Of a DNA stretch of 64,000 nucleotides, positions 24,770 to 37,797 are shown piece by piece. The stretch's first letter is position 1, and each line of letters starts with the position of its first letter. The position numbers and the translations under genes are program-made. The DNA comes from Mobula hypostoma. Lineage: Eukaryota. The stretch is taken from assembly GCF_963921235.1 (NCBI RefSeq), contig NC_086108.1, positions 46,998,001-47,062,000 on the forward strand, given 5' to 3'. The notes under the pieces were generated by a model. It did no database searches, was not told the DNA's origin, and saw only the letters and a program-made list of their open reading frames with translations.

Positions 24770-26570
24770 TGATAGATACATTATTGATCCCAAAGGAAAT
24801 TACAATGTCATAGTAGTGCACAGATATAAATATTAGAAGAGAAGTAGAAAGAATAAAAAAATAAGTTACCACAGTGTAACAGGAGGGTGTCATCGCTTCC
24901 CCAGCTATTGGCCGATTCATTATAGTGTCTAATGGCAAAGGTAAGAATGATCTCATACAGTTGTCCCTCGGTATTCGCGGGGGATTGGTTCCAGGACCCT
25001 CTACGGATACCAAAATCCACGGATGCTCAGGTCCCTTATATAAAATGGCGTAGTATTTGCATATAACCTACGCACATCCTCCTGTATACTTTAAATCATC
25101 TCTAGATTACTTATAATACCTAATACAATGTAGATGTTATGTAAATAGTTGTTACACTGTATTGTTTAGGGAATAATGATGCTTTGGAGGAGGCTCAATA
25201 ATGTCAGAATCTGTGGAGGTTGAGGGCTGAGGATCTTCAAGCATTGAAGGTCAAAGCTTCACAATAGCAGATGCTTTGGTTAGAAACATTGTTATAGGAA
25301 GCTGTTTCTTTTTTGCATCATCAGCTGATGCCGATTCTCTCGTGATCTTTAAGTTCTTGAGGCTGTAGTGCTTTACATAGCTAGCTAGCCAACCGTCCCT
25401 TACTAGCCTTAAGCTCCTTCCTCTTGCTCTCCTCAACCCCCTCACGGTAGTGCTCATAGAGGCTAAGTGCTTTTTCACGCATAATTTTGCCATCAACAGG
25501 GATATGCTTCTGTGGCATGTCCTCTAGCCACACACTTAATGCTTTCTCAGTCTTTGCAAGCACTTTATTGCGAAGCAGAGAGACCATTTTTGCCGTTGTA
25601 GGGGTAGCACTAACACTTCCATGAATTTCAGTTTCTTTCTGCTTTATTGTGCGTATGCTGTTTTTGTTCTTACCGACCTTATGGCCCACTTCGGCAAGTG
25701 ACATGCCACTTTTCAAAAGATCTAAGATTTTTATTTCCTCGGTGAGAGATAGCACTTTACGCTCCCTCTTAACCTTTGAGGAATTGCTTTGACCACTTAA
25801 TTGCTTTTTAGGAGCCATTTTTTCACAGAAACAAAGGCTGCACACAACATAAGTAGTGAATGAGCGCGACACGAGGCGAACAATGCTCAAACAACGAGTG
25901 CTGGAGAGAGACTGAGGATCTGTGAAATGTCGAAACTTCCTGGAATTTTTTTTCAAATATTTTCGATCTGCGGTTGGTTGACTCCGCGGATGCGGAACCC
26001 ACGGATATGGAAGGTTGACTGTATAGTGGTCTTTGGAGCAGCACAGTTGTCTTAGTCTATTACTAAAAGTGCTGCTCTGTTCAACCAAGATGACATGCGG
26101 AGGGGGAGAAATATTGTCCAGAATTTCCAGGATTTTCTATAGTGTCCTTTGTTCTACCACAGCCTCCAGTGTGTCCAGTTTGACTCCAGTAATAGAGCCA
26201 GCCTTTCTAATCTGTTTATTGAGCCTGTTGGCATCACCTGTGTTGATGCCACTGCCCCAGCACACCACTGCATAGAAGATTGTACTGGTGACAACAGTCT
26301 GATAGAACATGTGAAGGAGAGGCCTGCATACTCCAAAGGACATCAGACTCATCAGGAAGTAGAGGTGACTCTGACCCTTCTTGTACTTGCCCTCTGTATT
26401 TGTGCTCCACTCAAGTCTGTCATCCAGGTGCACCCCCAGGTACTTGTAGGTCCTCACCACATCCATGTCCTCACCATCAATAGAAACAGGGAGCAATGCA
26501 GGCTTAGTCTTCCTAAAGTCCACCATCTCTTTTGTCTTACTGATGGTGAGCTGCAGATGATTCAACTTGG
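24770..26570 (-). mobile_element. Rex1/Babar LINE interrupted by Tigger
   Basis: ORF 26137-26565(-) NHLQLTISKTKEMVDFR..YKYLGVHLDDRLEWS. The 3' end continues at 24770-24955. Confidence 0.85.
24958..26021 (-). mobile_element. Tigger/pogo transposon, internally deleted
   Basis: TA-flanked termini cagttgtccctcggtattcgcgg / ccacggatatggaaggttgactg. From the ATG at 25818: MAPKKQ..RKVLSLTEEIKILDLL..EKALSVWLED (CENP-B-type HTH). The DDD domain is missing. Confidence 0.9.
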
Positions 26571-27179
26571 ACTATTTGAAAAGGTATAAGTAGGGTCCTT
26601 ATCCAGAATATTCTTCTCAAGATATAAATGTTGTATACTGAAGATTATAGCTTTTAGATGAGAATGGGAAACTTGAAGGGTAACTTGCCCCACACATACC
26701 CTTTAAGTTACTTTATACAGTGCTGCCATGGATGGTAGCAGAAGCGGATACAATAGTAGCATTTAAGAGGCTTTTAGATGAGCACATGAATATGCTGGGA
26801 ATGGTGGAATGTGGATCATGTGCAGGCAAGGGGTCATTTTAATTTGGCATGGCATTCGACACAGACAACACTAGTTCCTCAGCTGCACAGTTCTGTGTTC
26901 TGTGGCACTGAGATAACACATCAATTGTGGTATTATTGAATGATGGAATGTAGGTTGAAGGTGTGAAATGGCCAGAATAATGTCTTTATTAATGTCCTTA
27001 ACCAAGGGTTCTGCACCTCCTTTTGCAGTTGAATGTATACGCTTCAAAGGCACACTAGGATTAGTACAAAATGACCTATTTGCAAGTGAATACCCAGTAG
27101 GGGAATAACCAGATCACTCCGATTACTGTTTTTTCTCAGTATGCTTTGGAACAACCTGTAGAGTAGTATATTTTGCCTT

Positions 27180-27360
27180 TTGAAGGGGGAGGATGCCAGA
27201 ATAAGAAGTTGGGAGGAGAGGAAGGAGTACAGATTGGCAGGTGATGGGTGAAACCAGGTGAGGGAAAGGTGGGTGGGGAATGGGGGGATGAAGTGAGAAG
27301 CTGGAAGTTGATAGTTAGAAAAGGTAAAGAGCTGTAAAAGGGATCTGGTAGGAGAAGATA
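27180..27360 (-). mobile_element. Old Penelope pLTR fragment
   Basis: gtgagaagctggaagttgatag matches the pLTR of the other copies. Confidence 0.55.
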
Positions 27361-27419
27361 CACTCAGGTATTAGTCCCGAAAGTCTTACTGCAGTCTTTA
27401 ACGATCTCACTTCGAAAAT

Positions 27420-28240
27420 GTCAATCTTGATGACGTACATGATTGTGGTTATGCCTGATGAGCAGATCAGTGACACGGTACTCACCCAGAATGACGAATG
27501 AGTGAGTTGACCACTGTGACCCAACCAGGTCCAGTCTTTGGGCATAACATGCATTGTGCTGTTCACATATCTTCTGTGCACAGATGGTGTTTCTGCCAAG
27601 CAACAGGAGAATATCAGCAGAAGAGTCAAGTGAGAGGGATCATGTGCAGCATCTGGAGTTGGTATTTCATCCATGTTGTTGGGAATACAGTTGCAGTCAT
27701 TGAAAGTTGGCAGGGATAAGCAGACTTTTTGTCCTCTTGACTCCATGACAAATCTCTGGCTCTGCTTTTGGTAACTTCTGATGTTCCAGAACATGTCTAT
27801 ATGTGTCTGGAAAAGTAGCTACATCCGATTTGATGCTCAGCTGGCTTCCCACTGTGCTGTGCTACCAGTATGCTGGAACCAGTAGCCCAAGGTGCTGGCC
27901 CTGAATTTACAGCTGTATCTGGGTCTGTGTCTTCTGAAGTGTCAACAGGTTCTTGGCTCAATTTCCTGGAGTGCCTCGGTGCTTGATGCACCGTATGTCA
28001 TCTGTATTCTGCAATATATTGTTACTGCTTCTCCAACTCCCCTCAGAGTCTCCACCACTCTGTGGATGACTGTCTTGTCCACACTCTAATTGACTTTACC
28101 ATGCTTGCTGTAAGTCGGAATCCAAATTAACCCGTGCAGAAGATGATGTAGAAACAGCTTATTGACAGGAAGTGATGTTTGTACAAAATGAACAGTGCCT
28201 GTAGAGGCAAAACGATGGGAATTCTTAAAATCTTTGCTGT
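27420..28240 (-). mobile_element. BEL/Pao LTR retrotransposon gag-pro remnant
   Basis: Minus-strand LPTFNDCNCIPNNMDEIPTPDAA and LGRN..YAQRLDL match fish BEL/Pao polyprotein motifs. Confidence 0.65.
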
Positions 28241-28624
28241 GATTACTGAGTTCCTTGCAGGAAACAAGATATTGCACCTGTAATTTTAATTGTTTATTTT
28301 TTTCCTGGAGGACTTTAAAAAATAAATAGGATATGTTAGTTGAAGCAGAGAAATTTGCAGATCAATGGGGAAAGGTTAGGGGACTGGAACTAAATAGATA
28401 GCCACCTTAAAGAGTCATCACAACCCCAGAAAATGCCATGCCCTACTCGTGCGCTGTTTCATTCCATAATTCATTGTACAAGAAAACAGCCTCAGCCTAA
28501 GAAGTAATTGTTTGTATTTAACATCAGTTTCACTGACGATAAACTTAAGTGCACCATCATATACAGTGGATAGTGCATTTATGTTTGGCCACAGCATGAG
28601 TGTCGGCAATCATTTAATGTCCTA

Positions 28625-28805
28625 TTATGTTATTGTTGACTCATGAAACTCTATGGATAGTTGTCCATGGAGTTTTTGTGGTAATGTATGGAAGTAGGTT
28701 GTCATGCCTTTCTTTCCCGCAGTTCCTGCTTCTGCCCAGGTCGGATTTGTACTCAGGACCATCTGCCTTGAAGTCCAGTGCTGATACCGCTTCACCACTG
28801 GCCAG
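28625..28805 (-). mobile_element. Degenerate tRNA SINE, related to 48902-49114
   Basis: Minus head ggccagtggtgaagcggtatcagcactggacttc with a B-box-like gagtacaaatcc. Confidence 0.5.
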
Positions 28806-28885
28806 CCCATTATAATGGCTGCCTTAATTTTGCATGGTTACCTGTGTGTATGGAGCACCTAAACGCATATCATACTGTGCACATA

Positions 28886-29475
28886 CGAGGGGTGATTGAT
28901 AAGTTTGTGGCCGAAGATAAAAGGAGTCAATTTTTAGAAAACCTAGCACATTTATTTTTCCTACATTTACACACTTAGTCCAGCGGTCATGGAGCATACG
29001 GATCCCTTCTTTGTAGAAGTGATCCACAGTAGGGGTGATTAATAAGTTCGTGGCCTAAGGTAGAAGGAGATGAGTTATTAACTTCAAACTTCCTGCATTT
29101 TCACTCAGAGTTGAACTGCACGCGCATGTAACGAGAGCTGTATAACTCATCTCCTACCTTAGGCCATGAACTTATCAATCACCCCTGCTGTGGACCACCT
29201 GGAGGTCCAAGACGCTCTCATTACATGCACGTGTAGTTCAATTCTTTGAGCGACAATGCAGAAAGTTTGAAGTTAACAACGCATCTCCTTCTACCTTAGG
29301 CCTCAAACTTATCAATCACCCCTGCTGTGGACCACTTCTACAAATAAGGGATCCGTATGCTCCACGACCGCCGGACTAAGTGTGTAAATGTAGGCGGGAA
29401 CTATGTTGAAAAATAAATGTGCTAGGTTTTCTAAAATTGTCTCCTTTAGGCCACGAACTTATCAATCACCCCTCG
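28886..29475. mobile_element. Mariner-derived palindromic MITE
   Basis: TA-flanked TIRs cgaggggtgattgataagtt.gtggcc. Both arms encode the mariner C-terminus (FYKEGIRMLHDRWTKCV). Confidence 0.9.
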
Positions 29476-29489
29476 TATATATAGCTAGG

Positions 29490-29975
29490 GTGCCTAAAAT
29501 TTTTGCACAGGACTGTAGTAATTTTGTGTATTGCACTGTACTGTTGCCGCAAAAAGAAAATTCATGACGTGAGTGATGATCAACTTGATTCTGATATTGG
29601 TCTCTATTGTGGACTGAGAATGGGAAGGGAGCATGGAAAGGGGAATCATGGCTGGGAAAAGGGGAAGGGAGAGGGAAGGAAGCGGGAAGCATCAGAGAAA
29701 CATTCCGTAATGATCAGTAAAGTAATTGTTAGGAATCAAATGACCTTGCTGGTGTCTCAAGGCTGGGTGTGTCTGAACCTGCGCCGCGCCACCCGCCCCC
29801 CCCCCCCCCAGCCCCTGGCACTCCTCCTCTGCCAAATGTCCTGCAGCACTCCTTCCTCACCATTCCCAACATCTTTGGCTCCCACCAGATTTACAAACCT
29901 GCTCTCTACTCACTTTGACAAATAAAATACTGTGTAAAAGTCTTATATGCCGAAGACTTTTACACAGTGCTGTAG
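29490..29975 (+). repeat. Composite interspersed repeat with tactgtgcaaaagtct-type inverted motifs
   Basis: Homologous to 6748-7085. Small hairpin at 29927-29974 and an internal Rex-like tail. Confidence 0.6.
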
Positions 29976-31627
29976 GTAGGAGTATTTGTCACTTGTGAGT
30001 GGGAAACTGTTGCTATCCTAGTTAGCTTTTCTGCTTTTGGCCAAATTTGCTGTCCTTATCGAAAGCCCTAACTAGAATGAGCAGAATGAAAAAGTATTTG
30101 GTTAGCCACAACTGTGAAGTTTAATTATTTCACTGCAGTAATACAAGGGAATGCCACTAGCCTTAATGACAAAAAGGACATGTGGCCTCTTTCCTGTTGA
30201 TGTAAATTGTAAGATTAAAATTGAATTCAGTGTACAGAATAATCTCTGTATAGCCCATTAAATGAGATGAGAGTTCAGAAGGAAATGTTTTAAATGAAAT
30301 GGTGTACTGGATTATGTTTTGAAATATTTGCCTGGAAAGAAGTTTAATAATTTTATATATATTTTTGCTTTAAATCCTCTTCATTGTATTCCTCTTCAGA
30401 ATAGCATGTAAAATTCCAGACAGTTTGAGCAGTCATCAATGTATTCCCAAGCTAAGAATATTTTAACACACCATTAAATGTCAGAATTTGCTTTCATGTT
30501 TCTTAATGTACTCACAGCAAACCTTTCTGCATTTTAGCTTGGTGTATGTATTTAGCACTTAGCACATATTTCAGGTTGATCAGGGATTAACTGTCAGCTT
30601 TTACCAGATCTTTCTATGTATTATTCAGTGAACTTTATGTTTGCGTAATGCAGAAAGTTCAAGGAATGTGCATATTGTTAGCCACAGATAGTACCCCTAA
30701 ACCTGACTGACCAACATGAGTTCACATAGGTGATTTCTCCACACCAAATCAGTGGGTGATTTTTTTTCTTTTTTCTTGGCCTGGGAAACATGAGAGGAGA
30801 GAAAACATTCACTTAAGGTCTTTTGGCACGGCGGTGTACACCTGGGGAATATTTTGATAAAAGTACGGAGGAGTAAAACATCTGTTAATGTTTGGACTGA
30901 AGAACCATAGTTGATCAGTACTCAGCAAGTTAGTTCCAAGTGAGATACCAATGTATTCAAGGTTTCAGCACTATCTCAGTCCTTCTGGTGAAAAAGAGGA
31001 TAATAGATATATATATATATATAATATGTGATTGTTAAGTTTGCAGGTGACACTAAATTTGGTGGTATAGTGACAGTGAAGAAAGTTGTATGAAGTTTCA
31101 AGAGGACATTGATTCATTGGGATAGTGGGTAAGGAATCAGCAGATGGAATTTAAATTTGATAATAATGGCAGGGGCCTAGGAAATGTTAAAAAGAGAGAC
31201 CTTGAATAAAATTGTATAAATTGTATATAAGCCTGAAGGTAAGTAGGGTGGTAGAGAAGGCATATGCTGTGTTTGCCTCAGGCTGAGGCATTGAGATGGG
31301 ATGTCTTGTTCAGGCTGCTCTTGGAATATTGTATACCTTTCTTGTCTACTGCCCTTGCACAAAGGAATTAAATACCTTCTCAAAAATAACCCAAGCCGTA
31401 ATATTTCTTCATGGTTTTTAATGAGATCTTACCTGTGAAACTGCAGAAAGTTAAGTAAAATGTGTATTAAATGCAATACAGAATCGTAGCATGCCTGAAT
31501 ATACTAATATGATTGGTTATTCTCATGATCAGTGTTAACCAATACACATTCCATAACTTGACCATGCAGATCAGAGTTAACTTGTGGAGCAACAATAGCT
31601 TAAGAGCAATAAATGATAAACCTAATA

Positions 31628-32470
31628 CAGGTTGAGTACCTCTTATCTGAAATCAGAAAACCTTCGAAATCTGAAATTTTTTGAGTGCTGACATGGTGTC
31701 AAAAATGGGAAATTCCACAAGGTGCTGGGAAGGTTCCCAGGTGATGCACAGGTCTCTGCACACCACAGGTAGTTCTGAGAAATGGCCTCACTTGTGTAAT
31801 AAAAAGAAGTTAATGAAAAATAGAAAAGCATTGCATATAGCAAAAATGAAGATCTTGCTCATGTATTGAAAGAGTAGATTTGTGAGTGTCGGAGTGAACA
31901 TATTCCAGTTAATAGTATGCTGATCATGAAACAAGCAAAGATTGATCATGACAAATTGAAAATTGAAGGTAATTGTGAATAATCAGGCTGGTTGCAGAAA
32001 TTTAAAAGCAAGGCACAGCATTGAAATTTTGAAGATTTATAAAATTTTTAAGATATTTTAAAAGATATTTCACGAAACAGCAGTAAATTGATTAATGTGT
32101 TTGCCAAGATCGTCTTTGAAAATCTAACAGCATAGCAAATCTACAGTGATTGTTTTTATATCTTGCATAAAACCTAAAAAATGTAAAGTACTACAGTGTA
32201 CTGCAACTTTTTAATCAAAACATGGCATCATAGGTGGAGAGTGAAAACCTGCCGTTGTTCAGTGTTCAACAGTTATTCATGTATTCTCCCGATGCTGCTT
32301 TTGTAATGCTGCACACATATTTTCATTATATCAATAATGGTATGTAATAATTTTTACAGTACTTGTGATGAACAAGTGCAAGATAAAGACTGCTTACTGG
32401 TCATGCACAAGTTCAGAAACAGAAATGATGGCGATCCCAACCTATCGTGAGTGTAGAGAGAGTAAAGCAG
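31628..32470 (+). mobile_element. Tigger/pogo (jerky-like) transposon remnant
   Basis: Terminus TA|caggttgagtacc. Remnant translation RSEHIP..MLIMKQAKI..SGWLQKFK. Confidence 0.7.
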
Positions 32471-32504
32471 TTGTACCTGGACTTGTATATTCCAGAGCTA
32501 ATAA

Positions 32505-33555
32505 GATGTCCTCCTTCAAAGAAAGGGGCTTTCCTTCCTCCACCATCAACACTGCCCTCACCCGTTTCTCTTTCATTTCGCGCATGTCTACCTTCACCTC
32601 ATCCTCCTACCACCACACCAAGGATAGGGTTCCTCTTGTGCTCACCTACCACCCCACTAGCTTCAACGCCCAGCACATAGTTCTCTGTCAATTCTCTGTA
32701 AGTTCTACCATCTCCAATGGGATCCCACCAACAAACACATCTTTTGCTCACCACCCCTCTCCACTTTCCACAGGGATTGCTCCCTATGTGATTCCCGTGT
32801 CCACTCGTTCCTTCCCAGTGATCTCCCTCCCGGCACTTATCCTTGCAAGTGGAACAAGTGTCATAGCTGCCCCATACCTCCTTCCTCACTACCATTCAGG
32901 GCCCCAAACAATCCTTCCAGGTGAGGCCACTCTTCACCTGTGTGTCTGTTAGGGTCACCTACTGTATCCAGTGCTCCAGGTATGGCCTCCTGTGTATTGG
33001 TGAGACCTGACTTAGATAGGGAGGCCACTTTGCCGAGCACCTATGCTCCACCCGCCAGAAAAAGTGGCATTTCCCAGTAGCCACTAATTTCAATTCCACT
33101 TCCCATTCCCATTCTGACATGTCAGTCCATGGCCTCCCCTACTGCCGCAATGAAGCCACACCCAGGTTAGAAGAGCAACACCTTATATTCCACCTGGGTA
33201 GCCTCCAACCTGATGGCACGAACGTAGATTTCTCGAACTTACAGTAGTTGCCTCCCATCATTCCCCATTCCTGTTTCTCTCCCCCCTCGTCTCCCCCCTC
33301 TCCCCCCTCCCCATCAGATTCCCCCTCCTCCAGTCCTTTATCTCTTTCACCAATCAACTTCCCAGTTCTTACTTCACCCCTCTCCCAGTTTCACCTATCA
33401 TCTGCCACCTTGTACTACTTCCCCCCCATCTCTTACTCCTGACTTCTCGTCTTTTTTTCAGTCCTGACGAAGGGTCTTGGCCGGAAATGTTGGCAATCTG
33501 CTCTTTTCCATAGATGCTGCCAGACCTGAGTTCCTCCAGTATTTTGTGTGTTTCG
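32505..33555 (+). mobile_element. Penelope-like element 3' portion
   Basis: FKERGFPSSTIN..DRVPLVLTYHPTS, a GIY-YIG remnant, and a pLTR with CTGACGA at 33464-33470. Confidence 0.85.
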
Positions 33556-33709
33556 CTGCCTTATTTATTTCTCAATTGCCGGTCTTGAGTACCACAGATC
33601 TAACTGTCAGTAAACTATGAATGTTACGGTTCATCTACAGTTTTAGGGTTGGTAGAGGAAGTGATAGTCGTACAAATCGAACAGCATACAAATCAAACTG
33701 CATGACATG

Positions 33710-34040
33710 GCAGCGCCTCTACCTTACGGAATTCAGCATGACATCTGAAACTTTGCAAACCTCTACAGATGTGCAATGGAGAGTATATTGACAGGCTATA
33801 TCACAGCCTGGTATGGTAACACCAATGCCCTTGAACAGAAAATCCTACAAAAAGTAGTGGACTCGGCTCACTCCATCATGGGTAAAGCCCTCCCAACCAT
33901 TGAACCTATTTACATGAAACGCTGTTGTAGGAAAGTAGCGTCCATCAGGGACCCCTACCACCCAGGGCGTGCTCACTTCTCACTACTGCCATCAGGAAGA
34001 AGGTAGAAGAGCTTCAGGACCCACACTACCAATGGATCCT
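33710..34040 (+). mobile_element. Rex1 LINE fragment
   Basis: ESILTGYITAWYGN..LQKVV..FSLLPSGRR. Confidence 0.8.
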
Positions 34041-34094
34041 AGGGTTGTATATCATGATATATATGTACTTCAATAATAAAATTTACTTTGAACT

Positions 34095-34520
34095 TTAGAG
34101 GCCAGAACAATGTGATCAATCTAGAGAAGGTGAGAAAAGATTCACAATATGTTTTGGATTGGAAGGATTGAGTTAATGAGGAGAGATTGGATTGGCTGTT
34201 TCTGTTCTCCCTAATGCAAAAGAGGATGAGAGATGGCATGCTGAAGGTATATAAAGTTCTGAGAGGCATAAATAAGTAGATAGTCAATCTGTTTCCCACT
34301 GTAGAGGTGTCTAAAACGAGAATACATTTGTTTACGATGAGAGTGAGGAGTTTAAAAGGTGCGAGGGGTAAATTTTTCCACACAGTCTAGTTGATAAGGA
34401 AGTCATGGGGGCAGGAATAGTAATATTTAGGAGGCATCAGGATGAGATGTAGAATTAACATTAAGCACGTGAGATTTATTTAGATAGGCATGATAGTTGG
34501 CATGTTTCTTTCCTATGCAA
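34095..34520 (+). mobile_element. Old CR1 3' fragment
   Basis: Remnant of LE.V..RFT.ML..L..L..EERL..L.LFSL..RR.R. Confidence 0.6.
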
Positions 34521-36469
34521 TTCTGATTGCACATCAATTTCAGTCTCAGTTATTGCTGTTTGTTTTTTGCATAAGATTTATATTTACAATTCCTTAAAAT
34601 AAGAATAGATGAACGCTGGCATCTGCTTATCTTAAATCCACTAATAGTGCAACCATTACATTTTAACAGGATGATGTTTTTTCATAATCCAATGCTATGA
34701 GCTAATTGGCCACGATTTCAAAAGACTGAATATAACCGGGTAACAAAATACAGTGGGCTCAACTATTCAAGAAAGATAAATGGTGTTTTAAAAACTGCTC
34801 ACAGAGGAAGATTTGCACTGCCTAAGTTATATTCTAGTTTGCATCCTGAGTTAATCTGATATATTCTGGCTATGAAAGCCAGTAAATTTCGATTTGTATT
34901 GATCAGATTTAGGACATGATATGCTATGTGGTGTTGCAGCAACATTATTCTCTTTTATGGAGCTTTACTGACATTTATCCTGAACTAATAATGACATGAT
35001 TTAATGGCAGTGCTAAAGGTTATGGTACTGATGCTTCACTGGTTTTATGTAGCATTGTGTCAGAATTGAATTTGTAGTTGTCATTTGACACAGGTCCCAA
35101 TGGTTACCAGAAAGTGCATGTTTCAATAGCAGTAACTGTAGCACAGAACTTTCTGGACATGCATTGGTTCATGTTTGCATAAAAGTGAACCTTAGCTATT
35201 AAGTTTTCCTATGTTTTAGCAAAGTCCAGATTAATTTGAATGAAGGTGAAGTTATTGTTTCACCAGGAATTGCTGTATTATTCCTTCAATTTCATGTTGT
35301 TAAGTTTTACTGCATGAATGTCATGCGTATCTCTGGTTTGTGCAATCACTTTGATCAGAACTGCAAAAACTTCAGACTCAGAGGATTGTTTTTAATAGAT
35401 GATTAAGTTATTCTTTCTGATAGCATGCTGCTTACTTGAGAACATTGAACTCTGTACGATGTCTTGAAATTAGGTTTTATGTTCTGGGAAGATATTTATT
35501 AAATTTAATAAAATAACTTGTTTCAAGCCTTCATTTGTTATTTGTAACCTGTTGATCTTTGACTGTTTTGCCTTGATGATGAATGTCTGTTTTTATTCTG
35601 ATTTAAAATGAGAAGAAAGAATTAACAGTGTGTATTTTTTGCATTGAAATTATTCACTCAGGAATCATTGAGTCTATGTCTTTAAATATAAAATATTATT
35701 TATTTGAAATATTGGTATTATTTGGCCCTGCTTTATTTTAACATCAATTTATTCAGTTTTCCTTTTTGTTTGGAGATGTATCAGAGTTCAGCTAAAAATT
35801 TTCTCTTGGTTTGTGGAATAAGGATCAAGCTTAAACAATCTACTGTTAAAATCAAATGAGGTTATATTCAAATGATATGCAAGTGATAGGCACTGCAGTG
35901 AAATTGCAATTTCCACATTAGTTTCTCAAACCTAGATTAGATATGTCAGTGTTTTCTCCTGTTGATTTGTCAAATAGCTAATTTGGGATTTGTTTGATTG
36001 AATTACCATGTGTTTTAAAGCATTATTTTGCACAAGAGTTATTACATTTTGGCATACATCTGTAATCAACTTGTAAAGAGGTTTTAAATTTGTGATTGGA
36101 TTGGATGAGAGTAGCTTGATTATGAAACTGCTGAGTCATCAATTGTATAAAATTAATCATGAATGGTGTGGACTTGGCCTTTTAATCATTGAAGAGATGG
36201 AATCTATCTCCTGGAACCATTACTTTCAAGTAAACAAGAAGAAAACAGTTAAAAAGCAACATTAACAGAGTTATGGGGGATTATTTTTAAGGTAAAAGGA
36301 AAGTATTTAACCTTGGGATGAAAAAGAACAAAGTGAAATCAAAGAAAAAATTAAATTAAAATACTGGCAATAGATGATGCCCACCTTCCCTGTTGATCCA
36401 GAAAATTACAGAAAGAAAAGTCAATGTTGTGAAACAAACAGCTCATGGAATAGAGGGGTTTGTTTGAAA

Positions 36470-37520
36470 CTGAATCAGAATCAGGTTTGTTGTGACTGAC
36501 GGAAGTCGTGAAATTTATTGTTTTGTGACAGCAGTATGGTGCAATACAGAAAATGTACTGTTAATTATAATAAATATATTTAAAATATGTAAGTGTAAAA
36601 AGGGAGCAAAAATAGTGGTGTTCATGGGTTCATTGTCCATTCAGAAATTTGATGGTGGAGGGGAAAAAGGTGTTCCTAAAACAGTATGTGTGTCTTTGGG
36701 CTCCTGTACCTCTCTCTAATGGTAGTAATGAGAAGAGGGCATGTCCTGGGTGGTGGGGGTCCTTAATGATGGATGCTGCCTTTTTGAGGCATCACCTTTT
36801 GATTATATCTTTGATGCTGGGGAGGCCAGTGGCCACGATGAAGCTGGCTAAGTTTACAACCCTCTGCAGCTTTTTCCGATCGTGCGCTGTGGGCCTTCCA
36901 TACTGGATGTGGTGCATCCAGTTAGAATGCTCTCCACAGTACATCTGCTAGTGTCTTTGGTGACATACCAACTCTCAAACTCCTAGCTATAGTGTGCCTT
37001 CTTTGTAACTGCATCAATATGTTGGCCCCAGAACAAATCTTGAGAAATGTTGACACCCAGGAGTTGAAACTGCTCACCCTTTCCACTTCTGATCCCTCAA
37101 TAAGGACTGGTGCATGTTTTCTTCCTGAAGTGCACAATTAATTCCTTGGTCTTATTGATGCTGAGTGCAAGCTTCTTGTTGGGACACCACTCAACCAGCT
37201 GATCTTTCTTACTCCTGTATGTCTTTTCGTCACCATCTGAGATTCTACCGGCAACAGTTGTGTCATCGATGAATTTATAGATGCCACTTGCGCTGTGCTT
37301 AGTCACACAGTTATGGGTGTGGGGAGAGTAAATCGGTGGGCTAAGCACACATCCTTGAGGTATACTGAAGTTGATTGTCAGTGAGGAGGAGATGTTATTT
37401 CTGATCCTCACTGACTGGTCTCCCAATGACAAAGTTAAAGATTCATTTGCAGAGGGAGGTAGGGAGACTTAGATTTTGAACCTTATTGTTCAGTACTGAG
37501 GGTGTCGAATGCTGAGCTGC
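36470..37520 (-). mobile_element. Rex1/Babar LINE, RT to tail
   Basis: PQGCVLSP..YKFIDDTTVAG in ORF 37097-37432(-). Tail aatcagaatcaggttt. Confidence 0.85.
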
Positions 37521-37546
37521 AGGAAAATAACAAATAATCAGGCAGC

Positions 37547-37797
37547 ACACATCAAAGTTGCTGGCCAGGCAGCATCTCTAGGAAGAGGTACAGTCGACGT
37601 TTCAGGCCAAGACCAAATTTTTGGATCTCCCCCTCCCCCTCCCACTTTCAAATCTCTTACTAACTCTTCCTTCAGTTAGTCCTGACGAAGGGTCTCGGCC
37701 TGAAACGTCGACTGAACCTCTTCCTAGAGATGCTGCCTGGCCAGCAACTTTGATGTGTGTTTCCAGCATCTGCAGAATTCCTGTTGTTTGTGTTTTA
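37547..37797. mobile_element. Penelope pLTR fold-back mini-element
   Basis: Inverted arm at 37547-37614 plus a pLTR at 37618-37797. 15 bp TSD aaataatcaggcagc at 37532-37546 and 37798-37812. Confidence 0.9.
37676..37715 (+). ncRNA. Minimal type I hammerhead ribozyme with intact core
   Basis: ttagtc CTGACGA agg-gtctcgg-cct GAAAC GTC gactga. Predicted cleavage after C37709. Confidence 0.75.

Noticed and set aside
25381..26088. Domesticated TIGD/CENP-B-like gene
   Set aside because: It lies between intact TIRs with a TA TSD, lacks the catalytic domain and is frameshifted.
28886..29475. CRISPR-like array from the recurring ~25 bp motif
   Set aside because: The repeats are in mixed orientation with homologous spacers, sit in a mariner context, and there are no cas genes; the DNA is eukaryotic.
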